Shown here piece after piece: positions 9,427 through 19,526 of a stretch of DNA of 64,000 bases. The DNA comes from an uncultured Lachnospiraceae bacterium. Its GTDB lineage: Bacteria > Bacillota > Clostridia > Lachnospirales > Lachnospiraceae. The position numbers and the translations under genes are program-made. The first letter of the stretch is position 1. Every line of letters starts with the position of its first letter. Location of the stretch: positions 4,177-68,176 of the forward strand of contig ONMH01000001.1 of NCBI GenBank assembly GCA_900318875.1, read 5' to 3'. The notes under the pieces were generated by a model. It was not told the origin of the DNA. It made no database searches and worked only from the letters and a program-made list of their open reading frames with translations.

Positions 9427-9808
9427 GCCACTCAAGATCTCCTCTGTCCAGTGATTTGATGAGCAGTTCTGCGGTTGCAAGATTGGTTGCGAGCGGAATG
9501 TTGTGGATGTCGCACAGACGCACGATGTTGTTGACATCGGGCTCATGCTTCTTGGCATCGGAGAACGGATCCCTAAGGAAGATCACGAGGTCGATCTCGT
9601 TGTTCTCGATCTGTGCACCGATCTGCTGCTCTCCGCCCAGATGCCCCGCAAGGAGCTTGTGGATGTTCAGATTTGTGACTTCCTCGATCAGGCGCCCGGT
9701 CGTGCCGGTTGCGTAGAGCTCATTCTTTGCGAGGATGCCGCGGTAAGCGATGCAGAAGTTCTGCATCAGCTTCTTTTTCGCATCATGTGCGATCAGTGCT
9801 ATTGTCAT
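9410..9808 (-). CDS. mgsA: Methylglyoxal synthase family protein with variant active-site loop
   Basis: ALIAHD..K, ATGTTG, HEPDV and NIPLATN motifs; the canonical SGPxGGDQQ loop reads AGHLGGEQQ. Confidence 0.88.
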   Translation of the reverse strand: MTIALIAHDAKKKLMQNFCIAYRGILAKNELYATGTTGRLIEEVTNLNIHKLLAGHLGGEQQIGAQIENNEIDLVIFLRDPFSDAKKHEPDVNNIVRLCDIHNIPLATNLATAELLIKSLDRGDLEWREMYK

Positions 9809-10956
9809 CTTGTGATTACCCCCATATCAAATGCCTGCCTGTGCTGCTGTTTGTTCTGCATCCGCACGTTCATCACAAACCCGATCCCCGCATAGAGACA
9901 GACGAGCGAGGTCAGTCCGTAACTCACGAACGGAAGCGGGATACCGGTATTCGGGAATACTCCTGTTGCCACTGCGATGTTCATAAAGCCCTGAAATCCG
10001 ATCCAGGTCCCCACACCTGCGGTCAGAACGGCGCCGCCCATGTCCTTTGTCTCCCGGGCTGCCCAGAAGAGCCGGATGGCGATCAGGGAGAGCAGGATCA
10101 CCACAAGGCACGCGCCGATGAAGCCAAACTCCTCTCCGATGACCGTAAAGATGAAATCCGTCTGGGACTCGGAAATGTAGCCGCTGTTTAAGAGCGAACT
10201 GAATTCGTTGGTGTTGTAGCCCTTGCCGAGGAGCTGCCCCGAGCCGATGGCCATAATCGAGTTCATCGTCTGATAGGCCGTGGTGGTTGCGTAGTCCTCC
10301 GGGTGGAGCCAGGCCAGGATTCTGCCTCTCTGGTAGTCGTCCAGCAGCGTCGACCCCTCCTGGACCACGAGGTTTAGGAAGATCAGGATGGAGGGAACGG
10401 CAACCACGACAACACCCCCTGCGAGCTTTCCGTTCATACCGCCCACAAAGAGCATCACCGCGAGAATGATGACCATCATGATGGTTGTGGACAGATCCGG
10501 CTCCTCATAGATCAGAAGCAGCTGCGGGGCTGCGATCAGAAGACACAGGACGAGAAATCCATACGACTTCATTCTGTTCTTATATTTCATTATAAATTTT
10601 GCGTAAAATAAAATCAATAATAACTTCGCGGCTTCCGAGGGCTGGAACTGGATCCCGCCGATGGAGAACCACCGCGTCGCGCCGCCCCGTGTGACGCCGG
10701 CCGCGATGACGGCGGCGAGCGCAAGGAAGGAGATTCCGTACCAGAGCCAGTACCAGCGCAGCACCTTCTGGTAGTCGAGAAGAGAGCACAGCACCATGAT
10801 CACAAGGCCCACGATCATGCCCTGGATCTGGCGGGGCTGCCGCTCCGGGGAGGCCGAGCCGATGGCAAGGATCCCGATGATGTTCAGACAGATGACAAGG
10901 CCGAGCAGAATGAAGTCGTTGTATCGAAAGCGGTAGGTGGGAAACAGTTTACGCAT
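9805..10956 (-). CDS. rodA: Rod shape-determining SEDS protein RodA
   Basis: GATRW, QPSE..K, PDL.T, TDFIF...GEE.G and LPFVSYG motifs; multi-pass TM; lies in the mre/pbp2 operon. Confidence 0.9.
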   Translation of the reverse strand: MRKLFPTYRFRYNDFILLGLVICLNIIGILAIGSASPERQPRQIQGMIVGLVIMVLCSLLDYQKVLRWYWLWYGISFLALAAVIAAGVTRGGATRWFSIGGIQFQPSEAAKLLLILFYAKFIMKYKNRMKSYGFLVLCLLIAAPQLLLIYEEPDLSTTIMMVIILAVMLFVGGMNGKLAGGVVVVAVPSILIFLNLVVQEGSTLLDDYQRGRILAWLHPEDYATTTAYQTMNSIMAIGSGQLLGKGYNTNEFSSLLNSGYISESQTDFIFTVIGEEFGFIGACLVVILLSLIAIRLFWAARETKDMGGAVLTAGVGTWIGFQGFMNIAVATGVFPNTGIPLPFVSYGLTSLVCLYAGIGFVMNVRMQNKQQHRQAFDMGVITR

Positions 10957-11669
10957 GGTCCTTCTTTCTCAGATTCAGGTCGGAGGCATCGTAGAGGGCG
11001 GTGAGGTCCTCTTCCGTGAGCTTCCCCGTCTCCACGGTGTCTCTTCCATCCCGGAGAAACACGTAGCCGGGGGACTTCTTCTGGCGGGTAAGGATGCCCT
11101 TTTTGGGAGAGAGAGGCGCCTCAATCCCGCGGACAAGGAGCTTTCTTGCGGCGAGGTCCGAGGAGGCGATAAAAAAGCTTCCCGCCTCTCTCCCCTCTCC
11201 TGCCCTTGCGATGCCAAGGAGGGATCCGAGCACCACGATGTTCTTCTCGGAGACGATGACCGCTCTTTAAGTTTCCGGGAATCGTCATGTAGTCGGCAAC
11301 GTTTGCCCGGGGCGCCGGGGCTTTCTCTTCCTCCGGCGTCTCCTCTTCCGGCGCCTCCTTCTCGGGGAGGAGGTCGCTCTCATAGGCGCGCTTTACCCGA
11401 AGGAAGAGCTCCTGCGTCTCAGGGCTTTCGGAGAAGAGACAGAGGATTCGGATCCCGGCGCTTGCCTCAATGAGGTCTGTCAGGATGTCCTCCTCCTGGG
11501 GGGAAAGGGACCTTCCCCGGAAGGTGAGCGAGAGCTCAGACCCCTCGAAGAACTTCCGGTCCCGGGTGAAGGTGTCCTTTACCATGGCACAGACGCTGTC
11601 AAAGGGCAGGTCTGCGGGGAGGCGAACCAGGATCCCGTATTTCTGATGTTTGATCTGAACCCGTTCCAA
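10949..11669 (-). pseudogene. minC: minC disrupted by an apparent ~59-nt deletion and frameshift near 11260 (or an assembly error)
   Basis: ORF 11121..11669 has the MinC N-terminus up to GNLKSG. Another frame continues VIVSEKNIVVLGSLLGIARAG (MinC beta-helix). The intervening Q...GDVNPGA repeat is missing. Confidence 0.75.
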
Positions 11670-11702
11670 AGTGCAAATATCCTTTTTCTGTCATGATTTC
11701 GG

Positions 11703-14582
11703 TCAGTCGCCCGTGATGGACGAGGCGTCCATACCGGCAGAGGTGCCGACGATCTCGTCGAGCGTCTTCACGTTGAAGTAGTAGGCGAGGACGTTCTCCG
11801 TGATCTGGGCGGCATAGTCGGAGGTGTAGCCGTTTGCGACCCTGGTTGCGATCGCAATCCTCGGGCTGTCGTAGGGCGCATAGCAGACAAAGAGCGCATG
11901 GTTGGGGTGCGCGTTGGACTGCTGTGCCGTACCGGTCTTGCCGGCGACCGTGACCGGCAGCTCATCGAAGTAGGTCTTGGCCTCGACGACACCCTTCATG
12001 CCCTCGTGGATCGCATCCCAGTAGGAGGCGTCCATGCTGATGACATTCCGGATGGATGCGGAATTGTCCTCGATGAGGCTTCCGTTCGAATCCTCGATCT
12101 TGTCGATGAGTGTTAGGTTGTAGCACGTCCCGCTGTTTGCCACTGTGGAGACATAGCGGGCAAGCGCCACGGTTGTGATGTTGTTGGAGCCCTGGCCGAT
12201 GGCCGTTCGGATGGCATCCTCCGTCGAGAGGTTCGACTGGGCTTCCTCGATCTCGATGCCTGTCTTGTCGCCAAGGCCGTAGAGCGAGGCGTACGAGGAG
12301 AGCTTCTCGATGCCGGCTGCGCTGTCATAGCTTCCTGAGCCCTCGGACGCCAGCCGGTAGCCGACGTTGTAAAAGAACACGTTGCAGGAGTGGGTGATGG
12401 CCTGCGAGACGGTCAGGGACCCGTGGCCTGCCGGGTAGATCCAGCACCTCGGCTGATCGGAGGTGCCGAGCGTGGTGAACACGCCGCTGCAGTAGATCTC
12501 GGTGCTCGTGTCGATGACGCCCTCCGAGAGACCGGCCGTTGCGGACACCATCTTGAAGGTGGAGCCGGGGGCGGTCTTCTGCTGCGTCGCATAGTTGAAC
12601 AGGGGGTTCGACTGGTCATTCCGGAGCTGCTCGTAGTAGTCCGCATCCACGCCGTTTGCCATCCTGTTGTTGTCGTAGCCCGGGTAGGAAACGAGGGCTA
12701 AAACGTCTCCGCTTGTGGGATCTGTGATGACCATGGAGCCCGTGCAGGGCTCGAGGGCGAGCTGTGCCGGCGTGAGGTCGAGGTTCGAGATCCGGTTCGT
12801 CATGAACTGGTACGCGGACTCCGTGCCGTCCTGGAGCGCTGCCTCCTCTGCTGCACCGACACTCACGACGCCCTGGTCGATGAGGAGCTGGCAGATCTGG
12901 GCTCCCGTCACCGTGTCGTTCAGGATCATGTAGTGGTAGAGCTGTTTGTCAAAGTCGGCGCTCGAACCGCACAGGTCCAGGATCTTTGTCACCAGGGCGC
13001 TGTACTCCTCATCCGAGGTCGCATAGGCGCTCCCGATGCCGAGCTGGTCCGCCTGGATCCAGTTCTTGGTGATGCAGTACTGCAGGAATTCCTTCAGAGA
13101 GATCGTCTCGTCCGTTGTCCAGGCCGTGTAGGTCTCGTCGGAGGTATCCACCTGGGACATGTCCAGGATGCTCCGATCCTTTAAGAGCTGCACGATGCAG
13201 CTCTCATAGGCCTGATCCTCCTCCAAGAGGTCGGTGTAGGCGGTGTCTCCGCTCTCGAGCTCCTTCTGGACCCAGGCAAGGACATCTGACTTTGTCTGGG
13301 TATAGGTCCGATAGACGCTCTTTTCCGTGTCCGAGGCATCGTCCGAGGAGAATTGACTGGTGTCGAGGATGTTGTTTCCGATCATCTGGTAGTAGACCGA
13401 GTAGATCGGGATAACGACTTCATCGGCAGAGGAGTCCTCGGTTGCCGTGTACTCCCTGATCGGCTGGATCTTTGTCAGGATGATGTCGGCGAGCTTCCGC
13501 TCCAGGATGTCGTAGGCCGCCTCCTGCAGGTCCTTGTCAATCGTCAGGTAGACGTCATTCCCCGCCGTCGGCTGGGTGATGTTGACGGTCTCGAGCTCCT
13601 TGCCCAGGTTGTCGACATAGACGGTCTTGGAGCCCTTGGTGCCGCGAAGCGTCGACTCCATCGACTTCTCAATGCCGCTCTTTCCCACGACATCCGTGGA
13701 GGTGTAGGAGGAGTCGGTCTGGGAGTAGGTCCTGAGCTCTTCCGTGGAGATCGTCCCCGTGTAGCCCAAAATCTGCGCAAAGTACTTACTGTCCACGTAC
13801 CTTCTTACTGTCGTGTCCTCGATGTCGATGCCATCCATGGAGTCCTTGTTTTCGAGGATGGCGGCGACGGTCTCATCGGAGACGTCGTTTGCAATCGTCG
13901 TCGAGAGGTACTGCTGGTAGTTGTTGAGGGAGAGGGCATAGCGGATCGTCACAAGCTGCAGGATCCGCTTCTTGTCATCATATCCCCGCTCGGGGACGAA
14001 AGTCTTTGTCCCATCGCTCTCCGTGACGGTGTCCCCGATCTCGTAGCGGCCGCAGAGTGCGTAGATCACGTCATCTGCGGTGGAAGACTCCTCATCATAG
14101 GTGAGATCGTCCGTGCTGGCATGGCCGTAGACATCGGCAAGGAACCGCCTTCTGGCGCTGCCGTCCACGGTGAAAGCAAACGCCCCGGAGTCGTCCAGGG
14201 CGATGTCAAAGGAGCCCGCAGAGACGGTGTCCCCGTTCTTCTCGATGATGTCGAGGGCCTTCTCGATCGTCGCATTCAGCCCCGCATCTCCTGCCCCGTT
14301 GTCCCGGATCGTCACGGCGTAGGCGAGCTCGTTGTAGGCCAGGATGTTGCCGTTGCGGTCGTAGATGTTGCCGCGGGTGCCGTCGATCGACACCTCGCGC
14401 TTGATGCGCAGCTGGAAGTTGTTCAGGTAGGTTTCGCCGTTTACGATCTGCAGCATGAACAGCCGGTAGATGAGACCGCCGGCGCAGCCGCAGGCCACAA
14501 GGATCAGGATCAGGTACCGCACGTTCAGGCGGCGGAACAGATCCTTCAGATCTTTGCCGAAAGAATGGTCGCTGTGAAACAA
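11703..14582 (-). CDS. mrdA: Penicillin-binding protein 2 (class B transpeptidase)
   Basis: RGNIYDRNG, PGSTFK (SxxK), SCN and KTGTAQ motifs; N-terminal TM; follows mreD. Confidence 0.92.
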   Translation of the reverse strand: MFHSDHSFGKDLKDLFRRLNVRYLILILVACGCAGGLIYRLFMLQIVNGETYLNNFQLRIKREVSIDGTRGNIYDRNGNILAYNELAYAVTIRDNGAGDAGLNATIEKALDIIEKNGDTVSAGSFDIALDDSGAFAFTVDGSARRRFLADVYGHASTDDLTYDEESSTADDVIYALCGRYEIGDTVTESDGTKTFVPERGYDDKKRILQLVTIRYALSLNNYQQYLSTTIANDVSDETVAAILENKDSMDGIDIEDTTVRRYVDSKYFAQILGYTGTISTEELRTYSQTDSSYTSTDVVGKSGIEKSMESTLRGTKGSKTVYVDNLGKELETVNITQPTAGNDVYLTIDKDLQEAAYDILERKLADIILTKIQPIREYTATEDSSADEVVIPIYSVYYQMIGNNILDTSQFSSDDASDTEKSVYRTYTQTKSDVLAWVQKELESGDTAYTDLLEEDQAYESCIVQLLKDRSILDMSQVDTSDETYTAWTTDETISLKEFLQYCITKNWIQADQLGIGSAYATSDEEYSALVTKILDLCGSSADFDKQLYHYMILNDTVTGAQICQLLIDQGVVSVGAAEEAALQDGTESAYQFMTNRISNLDLTPAQLALEPCTGSMVITDPTSGDVLALVSYPGYDNNRMANGVDADYYEQLRNDQSNPLFNYATQQKTAPGSTFKMVSATAGLSEGVIDTSTEIYCSGVFTTLGTSDQPRCWIYPAGHGSLTVSQAITHSCNVFFYNVGYRLASEGSGSYDSAAGIEKLSSYASLYGLGDKTGIEIEEAQSNLSTEDAIRTAIGQGSNNITTVALARYVSTVANSGTCYNLTLIDKIEDSNGSLIEDNSASIRNVISMDASYWDAIHEGMKGVVEAKTYFDELPVTVAGKTGTAQQSNAHPNHALFVCYAPYDSPRIAIATRVANGYTSDYAAQITENVLAYYFNVKTLDEIVGTSAGMDASSITGD

Positions 14583-14592
14583 GAATGATACC

Positions 14593-15135
14593 TCACAGAA
14601 TCAGAGCGTCCTTCCCGCCCGTCTGCGGGGAGGCGTGTTTTTCCCTCAGAAACCGGTTGTAGCATAGGTGGATCAGCGGATAGACCGGAAGGGCAAGGAG
14701 CATGGTGAGCAGAAGTTCCGGCAGCATCACCAGGGTGAAGAAGGAACCGAGAAACAGGCGGTTCCGGATCAGAAACAGAAAAATGTAGCTGAAAAAGCAG
14801 TAGCCAAAGTCCGAGATCCCGATGAGAAGCAGCGGGAACGCGAGTCCGTCCACGTAGAGAAGGCGCTTGAACGTGCCGCAGACGTATCCGATGAGGGCAA
14901 ACATGAGCGCACCGAACCCGATGAGCGGGCCAAAGAAGATGTCACACAAAAGCCCCGAGAAGAACCCGATGACAATGCCCTCCTTCTCCCCCAGGAGAAG
15001 TCCGAAGGAGGCGGCCTCGATGACCATGAGGTTCGGGGAAACGCCCGCGATGTCCGGAAGGACCGAGGACTGGAGGATGTAGCAGAGGGTCACGGTGAGA
15101 AAGACGACCAGAAAATGAATCAGTTTCTTCTTCAT
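14593..15135 (-). CDS. mreD: Rod shape-determining protein MreD
   Basis: Hydrophobic 180 aa with PNL and GFFSGLLCDI motifs; follows mreC. Confidence 0.9.
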   Translation of the reverse strand: MKKKLIHFLVVFLTVTLCYILQSSVLPDIAGVSPNLMVIEAASFGLLLGEKEGIVIGFFSGLLCDIFFGPLIGFGALMFALIGYVCGTFKRLLYVDGLAFPLLLIGISDFGYCFFSYIFLFLIRNRLFLGSFFTLVMLPELLLTMLLALPVYPLIHLCYNRFLREKHASPQTGGKDALIL

Positions 15136-16034
15136 GGCGTGCTGCTGCCCCTTGTCTCCTCTGTGACGTCCTGCTTGAGCGTTGTGACAACGAGGACGGT
15201 CCCAAGGTGCGAGAAGTCGACAGCCGGCGTGATGGTGCCGGACTTGGTCAGGTTGTTGGGATCCTTCTGGATCGTGCTGACATAGCCCACGAGGATCCCC
15301 GAGAGGTACTTGTCGGAGATGTTGCTCGTTACGATCCGGTCTCCCACCTCCACGAGGCCCGAGGGGTCCTGAAGTCTCTCAAAGGGGATCGTGCCGTCCG
15401 CATAGGAGGAAAGGCTCCCTGAGACGATCATGGAGAGCTTGGAGCTCTCCTCCTCGCAGGAGACGTTGGAGTCGTCGTCGATGATGGTCTCCACCTGGGC
15501 CCAGTCCGGTCCGACCTGGGTAATGCGGCCCACCAGTCCTGTGCCGGCAAGGACGTTCATGTCGACCGCAAGGCCGTCATTCGTCCCCTTGTCGATGACA
15601 AACGAGTGGTACCAGGAGCCGGTGTCCTTGGCGATAACCCGGGCAGCGGTCTTTTCAAAGTCCGCATAGGTCCCGTCGAGCGAATACAGGTCCCGAAGCT
15701 CCTGGAGCTCTGACTTTGCCTGTTGGTAGTCGGAGTTCTCCGCGGTCAGCTTCTCGTTCTCCTCTTTCAGCTCGGCATTCTCCTCCTGGAGCTCCCTGAT
15801 GTTCGTCGTGAGTTCATGCCGGTCCACAAGCCAGTTCCCAATCCTCGAGATCCCGGTCTGGAACGGCACCACGATAAAATTTGCCGTCGTATTCAGGACG
15901 CTCGTCACGACATTTGTGTTGTATGTAATTGCGATCAGGGCGATGCACAGGACCGTGACGACAAGGAGCAGATATCTGCCCGGGATCTCGACCCTGGGTC
16001 TTTCACCCTTTCTTCTCCTGGTTCCCTGAATCAT
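15132..16034 (-). CDS. mreC: Rod shape-determining protein MreC
   Basis: TM helix, coiled coil, IDKG..DG, GLVGRI, VGDRIVTS and P.VDF motifs. Confidence 0.93.
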   Translation of the reverse strand: MIQGTRRRKGERPRVEIPGRYLLLVVTVLCIALIAITYNTNVVTSVLNTTANFIVVPFQTGISRIGNWLVDRHELTTNIRELQEENAELKEENEKLTAENSDYQQAKSELQELRDLYSLDGTYADFEKTAARVIAKDTGSWYHSFVIDKGTNDGLAVDMNVLAGTGLVGRITQVGPDWAQVETIIDDDSNVSCEEESSKLSMIVSGSLSSYADGTIPFERLQDPSGLVEVGDRIVTSNISDKYLSGILVGYVSTIQKDPNNLTKSGTITPAVDFSHLGTVLVVTTLKQDVTEETRGSSTP

Positions 16035-17062
16035 CAGTAATTCCCCAGTCCCTCAATCGTGTAGGCAAGATTTTTGCAGCTGGCTTTGCGGATCACCTGG
16101 GCAAGGCCCTGGCAGGTGTTGGCGAGCTGGTCCGCAAGGCCCTCCTGCTGGCAGGCGCCGCCTGTTAAAAAGATTCCATTCCGGTAGATATCCGCGGAGA
16201 GCTCCGGCGGGGTGCGCTCCAGGATCACCTTCACCTGGTCGCAGATCTGGCGGAAGTTCTCCTGCAGGGCGTCGGAGACAAACTCTGCCTTGAGCATCTT
16301 TTCCATGGGAAGCCCCGTCACGATGTCCCTGCCAAAGACCTGGATCGACTTTTTGGTGCCTGTCATCGAGGAGAGCTGGGTCCTTGCGGTCTCTGCGGTC
16401 CGCTGTCCGATGATCAGGTTGTACTCCCTGCGGACTGCCGTGATGATCGACTGGTCAAAGACATGGCCGCCGGTCTTTAAGAGCTTTGAGAGGACAATGC
16501 CGCCAAGGGACAGGATCGAGACCTCTGTCGTGTCGTAGCCGATGTCGACCACAAGGCACCCCTGGGAGTTGTTGATGTCGATGCCAAGGCCGAGGCCGTC
16601 TGCGATCGCCTTGTCCACTGCATAGACGCTCTTTGCCCGGATCGCGGAGTCCTTGACGAGGTCGTAAAAGCTCCGCTTTTCCACCTCGGTCACATCCGAG
16701 GGAATCGTGATGTAGTAGTCCGCCCCGCGCATCTGTCCCCGCTGCTGATCCCGGATCAGGGAGTTTAAGAGGCGCTCCATGTTCTGAATATCGGCAATGA
16801 CGCCGCCTCCTATGGGGGAGGAGACGCGGATGCTCGCCGGCGACTTCTCAAACATCTCGTAGGCGCTGTCGCCGTAGGCAATCATCGTCTGCCGGTTCTG
16901 GATCGCGATCATGTTCTTCTGGGTGGTGATCCGGCTCGTCGTGTTGTTGAAGATCTTGATGTTGCAGGTGCCAAGGTCGATGCCGAAGGCATTCTTCTCC
17001 CCGCCGCCGAGGATGCTGCTGCGCCCCGCATCTTCCCGGCTGGATCGTCCGAATAAACGCAT
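16034..17062 (-). CDS. mreB: MreB-family actin homologue (divergent; apparent C-terminal in-frame deletion)
   Basis: GIDLGT, GVIAD, TEVEKR, GRDIVTGLP and LERTPPEL..DI...GI.LTGG motifs. Confidence 0.9.
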   Translation of the reverse strand: MRLFGRSSREDAGRSSILGGGEKNAFGIDLGTCNIKIFNNTTSRITTQKNMIAIQNRQTMIAYGDSAYEMFEKSPASIRVSSPIGGGVIADIQNMERLLNSLIRDQQRGQMRGADYYITIPSDVTEVEKRSFYDLVKDSAIRAKSVYAVDKAIADGLGLGIDINNSQGCLVVDIGYDTTEVSILSLGGIVLSKLLKTGGHVFDQSIITAVRREYNLIIGQRTAETARTQLSSMTGTKKSIQVFGRDIVTGLPMEKMLKAEFVSDALQENFRQICDQVKVILERTPPELSADIYRNGIFLTGGACQQEGLADQLANTCQGLAQVIRKASCKNLAYTIEGLGNY

Positions 17063-17185
17063 GTTTTTTCCCTATTCTGAAAAGCCGCCCCCTTCCGCAG
17101 GGGGCAGCCGGATGGTTTCTGGTTGGTGGCTGCGCCCGGAGGGCAGAAGTCTTCCTTTTTCACATCCCCCCGGACTGTCGAACCT

Positions 17186-17214
17186 ATTTTAAGGAGTTTA
17201 TACTCTCCCTGCAA
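17186..17214 (-). promoter_or_regulatory. Sigma-A-type promoter of the mreBCD operon
   Basis: TTGCAG-17 bp-TAAAAT on the minus strand. Confidence 0.65.
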
Positions 17215-17217
17215 GTA

Positions 17218-18540
17218 CTAAGAACGCTCTGGAAAGTCGGCAAGGCCGCGATCGAGCATGTTCTGGAGGGTTTTGAGGATTCCGAACTTTGCGTGCGGCC
17301 AGGTGAGGCCCCCCTGGAAGAAGACCGTGTAGGGCTCCCGGATCGGGCCGTCGGCGGAGAGCTCAATGGAGCTTCCGGAGACAAAGGCGCCGGCCGCCAT
17401 GATGACATCGGAGTCGTATCCCGGCATCGGGGCGGGCTCGCAGGCAACAAACGAGTCGACAGGGGAGGCTGCCTGGATGCCCTGGCAGAAGGCGATGACG
17501 CCCTCCGGTTTGTGGAAGGTGATCGCCTGGATGATGTCGTGGCGGATTTCATCCCCCCGGGGAACCACGTCAAAGCCGAGCGCTTCGTAGCAGCTTGCGG
17601 CAAAGACTGCGCCCTTCTCCGCTGCTGCCGTCACCGTGGGGCCGAGAAAGAACCCCTGGTAGAACCTGGGAAGGACGGAGAGGCTTGCCCCGACCTCCTT
17701 GCCAAGGCCGGGGCTTGTGAGGCGCACAGCGGCGTTTGCAACGCACTCCTTTGTTCCCACAACGTACCCGCCGCAGGGGGCAAGGCCGCCGCCCGGGTTC
17801 TTGATGAGGGACCCGACCACCATGTCGGCGCCCACATCCGAGGGCTCTTTGGTCTCCGTGAACTCGCCGTAGCAGTTGTCCACCATGTAGATACAGTCGG
17901 GGCGGATGGCCTTCATGAACTGAATGCAGTCCCCGATCTGGTCGACGGAGAAGGTGCGGCGCGCCTGATAGCCCTTGGAGCGCTGTATGGTTACGACGTG
18001 GATCTTCTTTTCGGTGTCCTCTGTGAGGACTTTCCGGATCGTCTCCCTGTCAAAGGAGTCATCCGAAAGGAGGTCGATCTGCCGGTAGCCGATGCCGTAC
18101 TCGGCAAGGGAGCCCCTGGAGGGTCTTATGCCGATCACCTCTTCCAGCGTGTCGTAGGGTTTTCCCGCAACAGAGAGGAGGATCTGCCCGGTGCGCAGGT
18201 TCCCGAACAGGGCCGTTGCCAGGGCGTGGGTGCCGCAGGTGATCTGCGGGCGAACCAGCGCATCCTCCGTGTGGAAGTAGTTGGCATACACCTCCTCGAG
18301 GCCGTCCCTTCCGATGTCATCGTAGCCGTAGCCGGTGGTGCCGGAGAGGTTTGCCTCTCCGATGTGGGCATCCTGCATCGCCTTGACAACGCGCAGCTGA
18401 TTGACCTCCGCGATGGCGTCGATTTCGTCAAACCGGTCCCGAAGGCCCTGCAGAATCGGCTCTGCAAAGGCAAGGACCCTGTCGGAGATGCCAAGCTGCT
18501 CATAGATCGTCGTTTCTTCTGTGTGTTCCATCTGGTTCAT
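17218..18540 (-). CDS. Methionine gamma-lyase-like PLP enzyme (YnbB/'aluminium resistance' family)
   Basis: TTGYGYDD.GR, IQRSKGY, VDNCYGEF and GSLIKNPGGG motifs; the position after miaA is typical. Confidence 0.9.
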   Translation of the reverse strand: MNQMEHTEETTIYEQLGISDRVLAFAEPILQGLRDRFDEIDAIAEVNQLRVVKAMQDAHIGEANLSGTTGYGYDDIGRDGLEEVYANYFHTEDALVRPQITCGTHALATALFGNLRTGQILLSVAGKPYDTLEEVIGIRPSRGSLAEYGIGYRQIDLLSDDSFDRETIRKVLTEDTEKKIHVVTIQRSKGYQARRTFSVDQIGDCIQFMKAIRPDCIYMVDNCYGEFTETKEPSDVGADMVVGSLIKNPGGGLAPCGGYVVGTKECVANAAVRLTSPGLGKEVGASLSVLPRFYQGFFLGPTVTAAAEKGAVFAASCYEALGFDVVPRGDEIRHDIIQAITFHKPEGVIAFCQGIQAASPVDSFVACEPAPMPGYDSDVIMAAGAFVSGSSIELSADGPIREPYTVFFQGGLTWPHAKFGILKTLQNMLDRGLADFPERS

Positions 18541-18569
18541 GAATCTTCTGTCTTCTTTCGTTTCTATTT

Positions 18570-19526
18570 TCAGTACACCATCCAGTGGTGTTGGATCTTC
18601 TCTGCCATCGCCTCCACGAGGTCATCCTCATAGGGGTACTGGTCCACCTGCACCCAGGTGACGTTTCTCTCCCGCTTAAACCAGGTGAGCTGGCGCTTTG
18701 CAAAGTGCCGGGTCTGCTTCTTGATCTCCGCAACAGCCTCCGGGAGCGTACACCTGCCGTCAAGGTACAGAAGGAGCTGCTTATAGCCAAGGCCCTGCAT
18801 GGAGACGTCCTTTTCCGTAAGGCCCATCTCCTTTAAGGCCTTCACTTCGTCTAAGAGCCCGTCTGCCATCATCCGGTCCACCCGGACGCCGATCCTGTGG
18901 TAGAGCTTCTCCCTCTCCATGGTGAGGACAAAAAAAACCGCATCAAAGGCAGGGGGCTTTTCGTGCTCCCTCTTATTGTGCACGGAGATCTTCTCTCCGG
19001 TCAGCTTCTGATACTCAATCGCCCGGACGACGCGCTTTACGTTGTTCTCCGGGATTGCAAGGGCGGCCTCGGGATCGATGGCGGAAAGCTCCTCCCACAG
19101 GGCGTGGTTTCCCTCTTTTTCTGCAAGGGATAAGAGTTCCTGCCGCAGGGCAAAGTCCGTGTTCTCTTCCGTGAAGTCGATGTCGTAGAGAAAGGACTGG
19201 ATGTAGAAGCCGGTGCCGCCCACAAGAAAGGGCAGGCGGTTTGCCGCTTCAATCTCCTTTTCCGCCTGCTTTGCCTCCTTCTGAAAGCGAAAGACGTTCC
19301 ACTCCTCAGTGGGGTCTGTGCAGTCGATGAGATAGTGGGGGATGCCCTGCATCTCCTCCTTCGTGACCTTGGCGCTTCCGATGTCCATGCGGCGGTAGAC
19401 CTGCATGGAATCCGCGCTGATGATGCTCCCGTGGAAGCGCTTTGCAAGCTCCACGGAGACCCTCGTCTTTCCGACCGCGGTAGGGCCTGCGATGATGACA
19501 AGTCCCGGTTTTTCCTCTCCCATCAC
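18570..19526 (-). CDS. miaA: tRNA dimethylallyltransferase
   Basis: GPTAVGKT, SADSMQVY, VGGTGFY and TRHFAKRQLTW motifs. Confidence 0.96.
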   Translation of the reverse strand: MMGEEKPGLVIIAGPTAVGKTRVSVELAKRFHGSIISADSMQVYRRMDIGSAKVTKEEMQGIPHYLIDCTDPTEEWNVFRFQKEAKQAEKEIEAANRLPFLVGGTGFYIQSFLYDIDFTEENTDFALRQELLSLAEKEGNHALWEELSAIDPEAALAIPENNVKRVVRAIEYQKLTGEKISVHNKREHEKPPAFDAVFFVLTMEREKLYHRIGVRVDRMMADGLLDEVKALKEMGLTEKDVSMQGLGYKQLLLYLDGRCTLPEAVAEIKKQTRHFAKRQLTWFKRERNVTWVQVDQYPYEDDLVEAMAEKIQHHWMVY

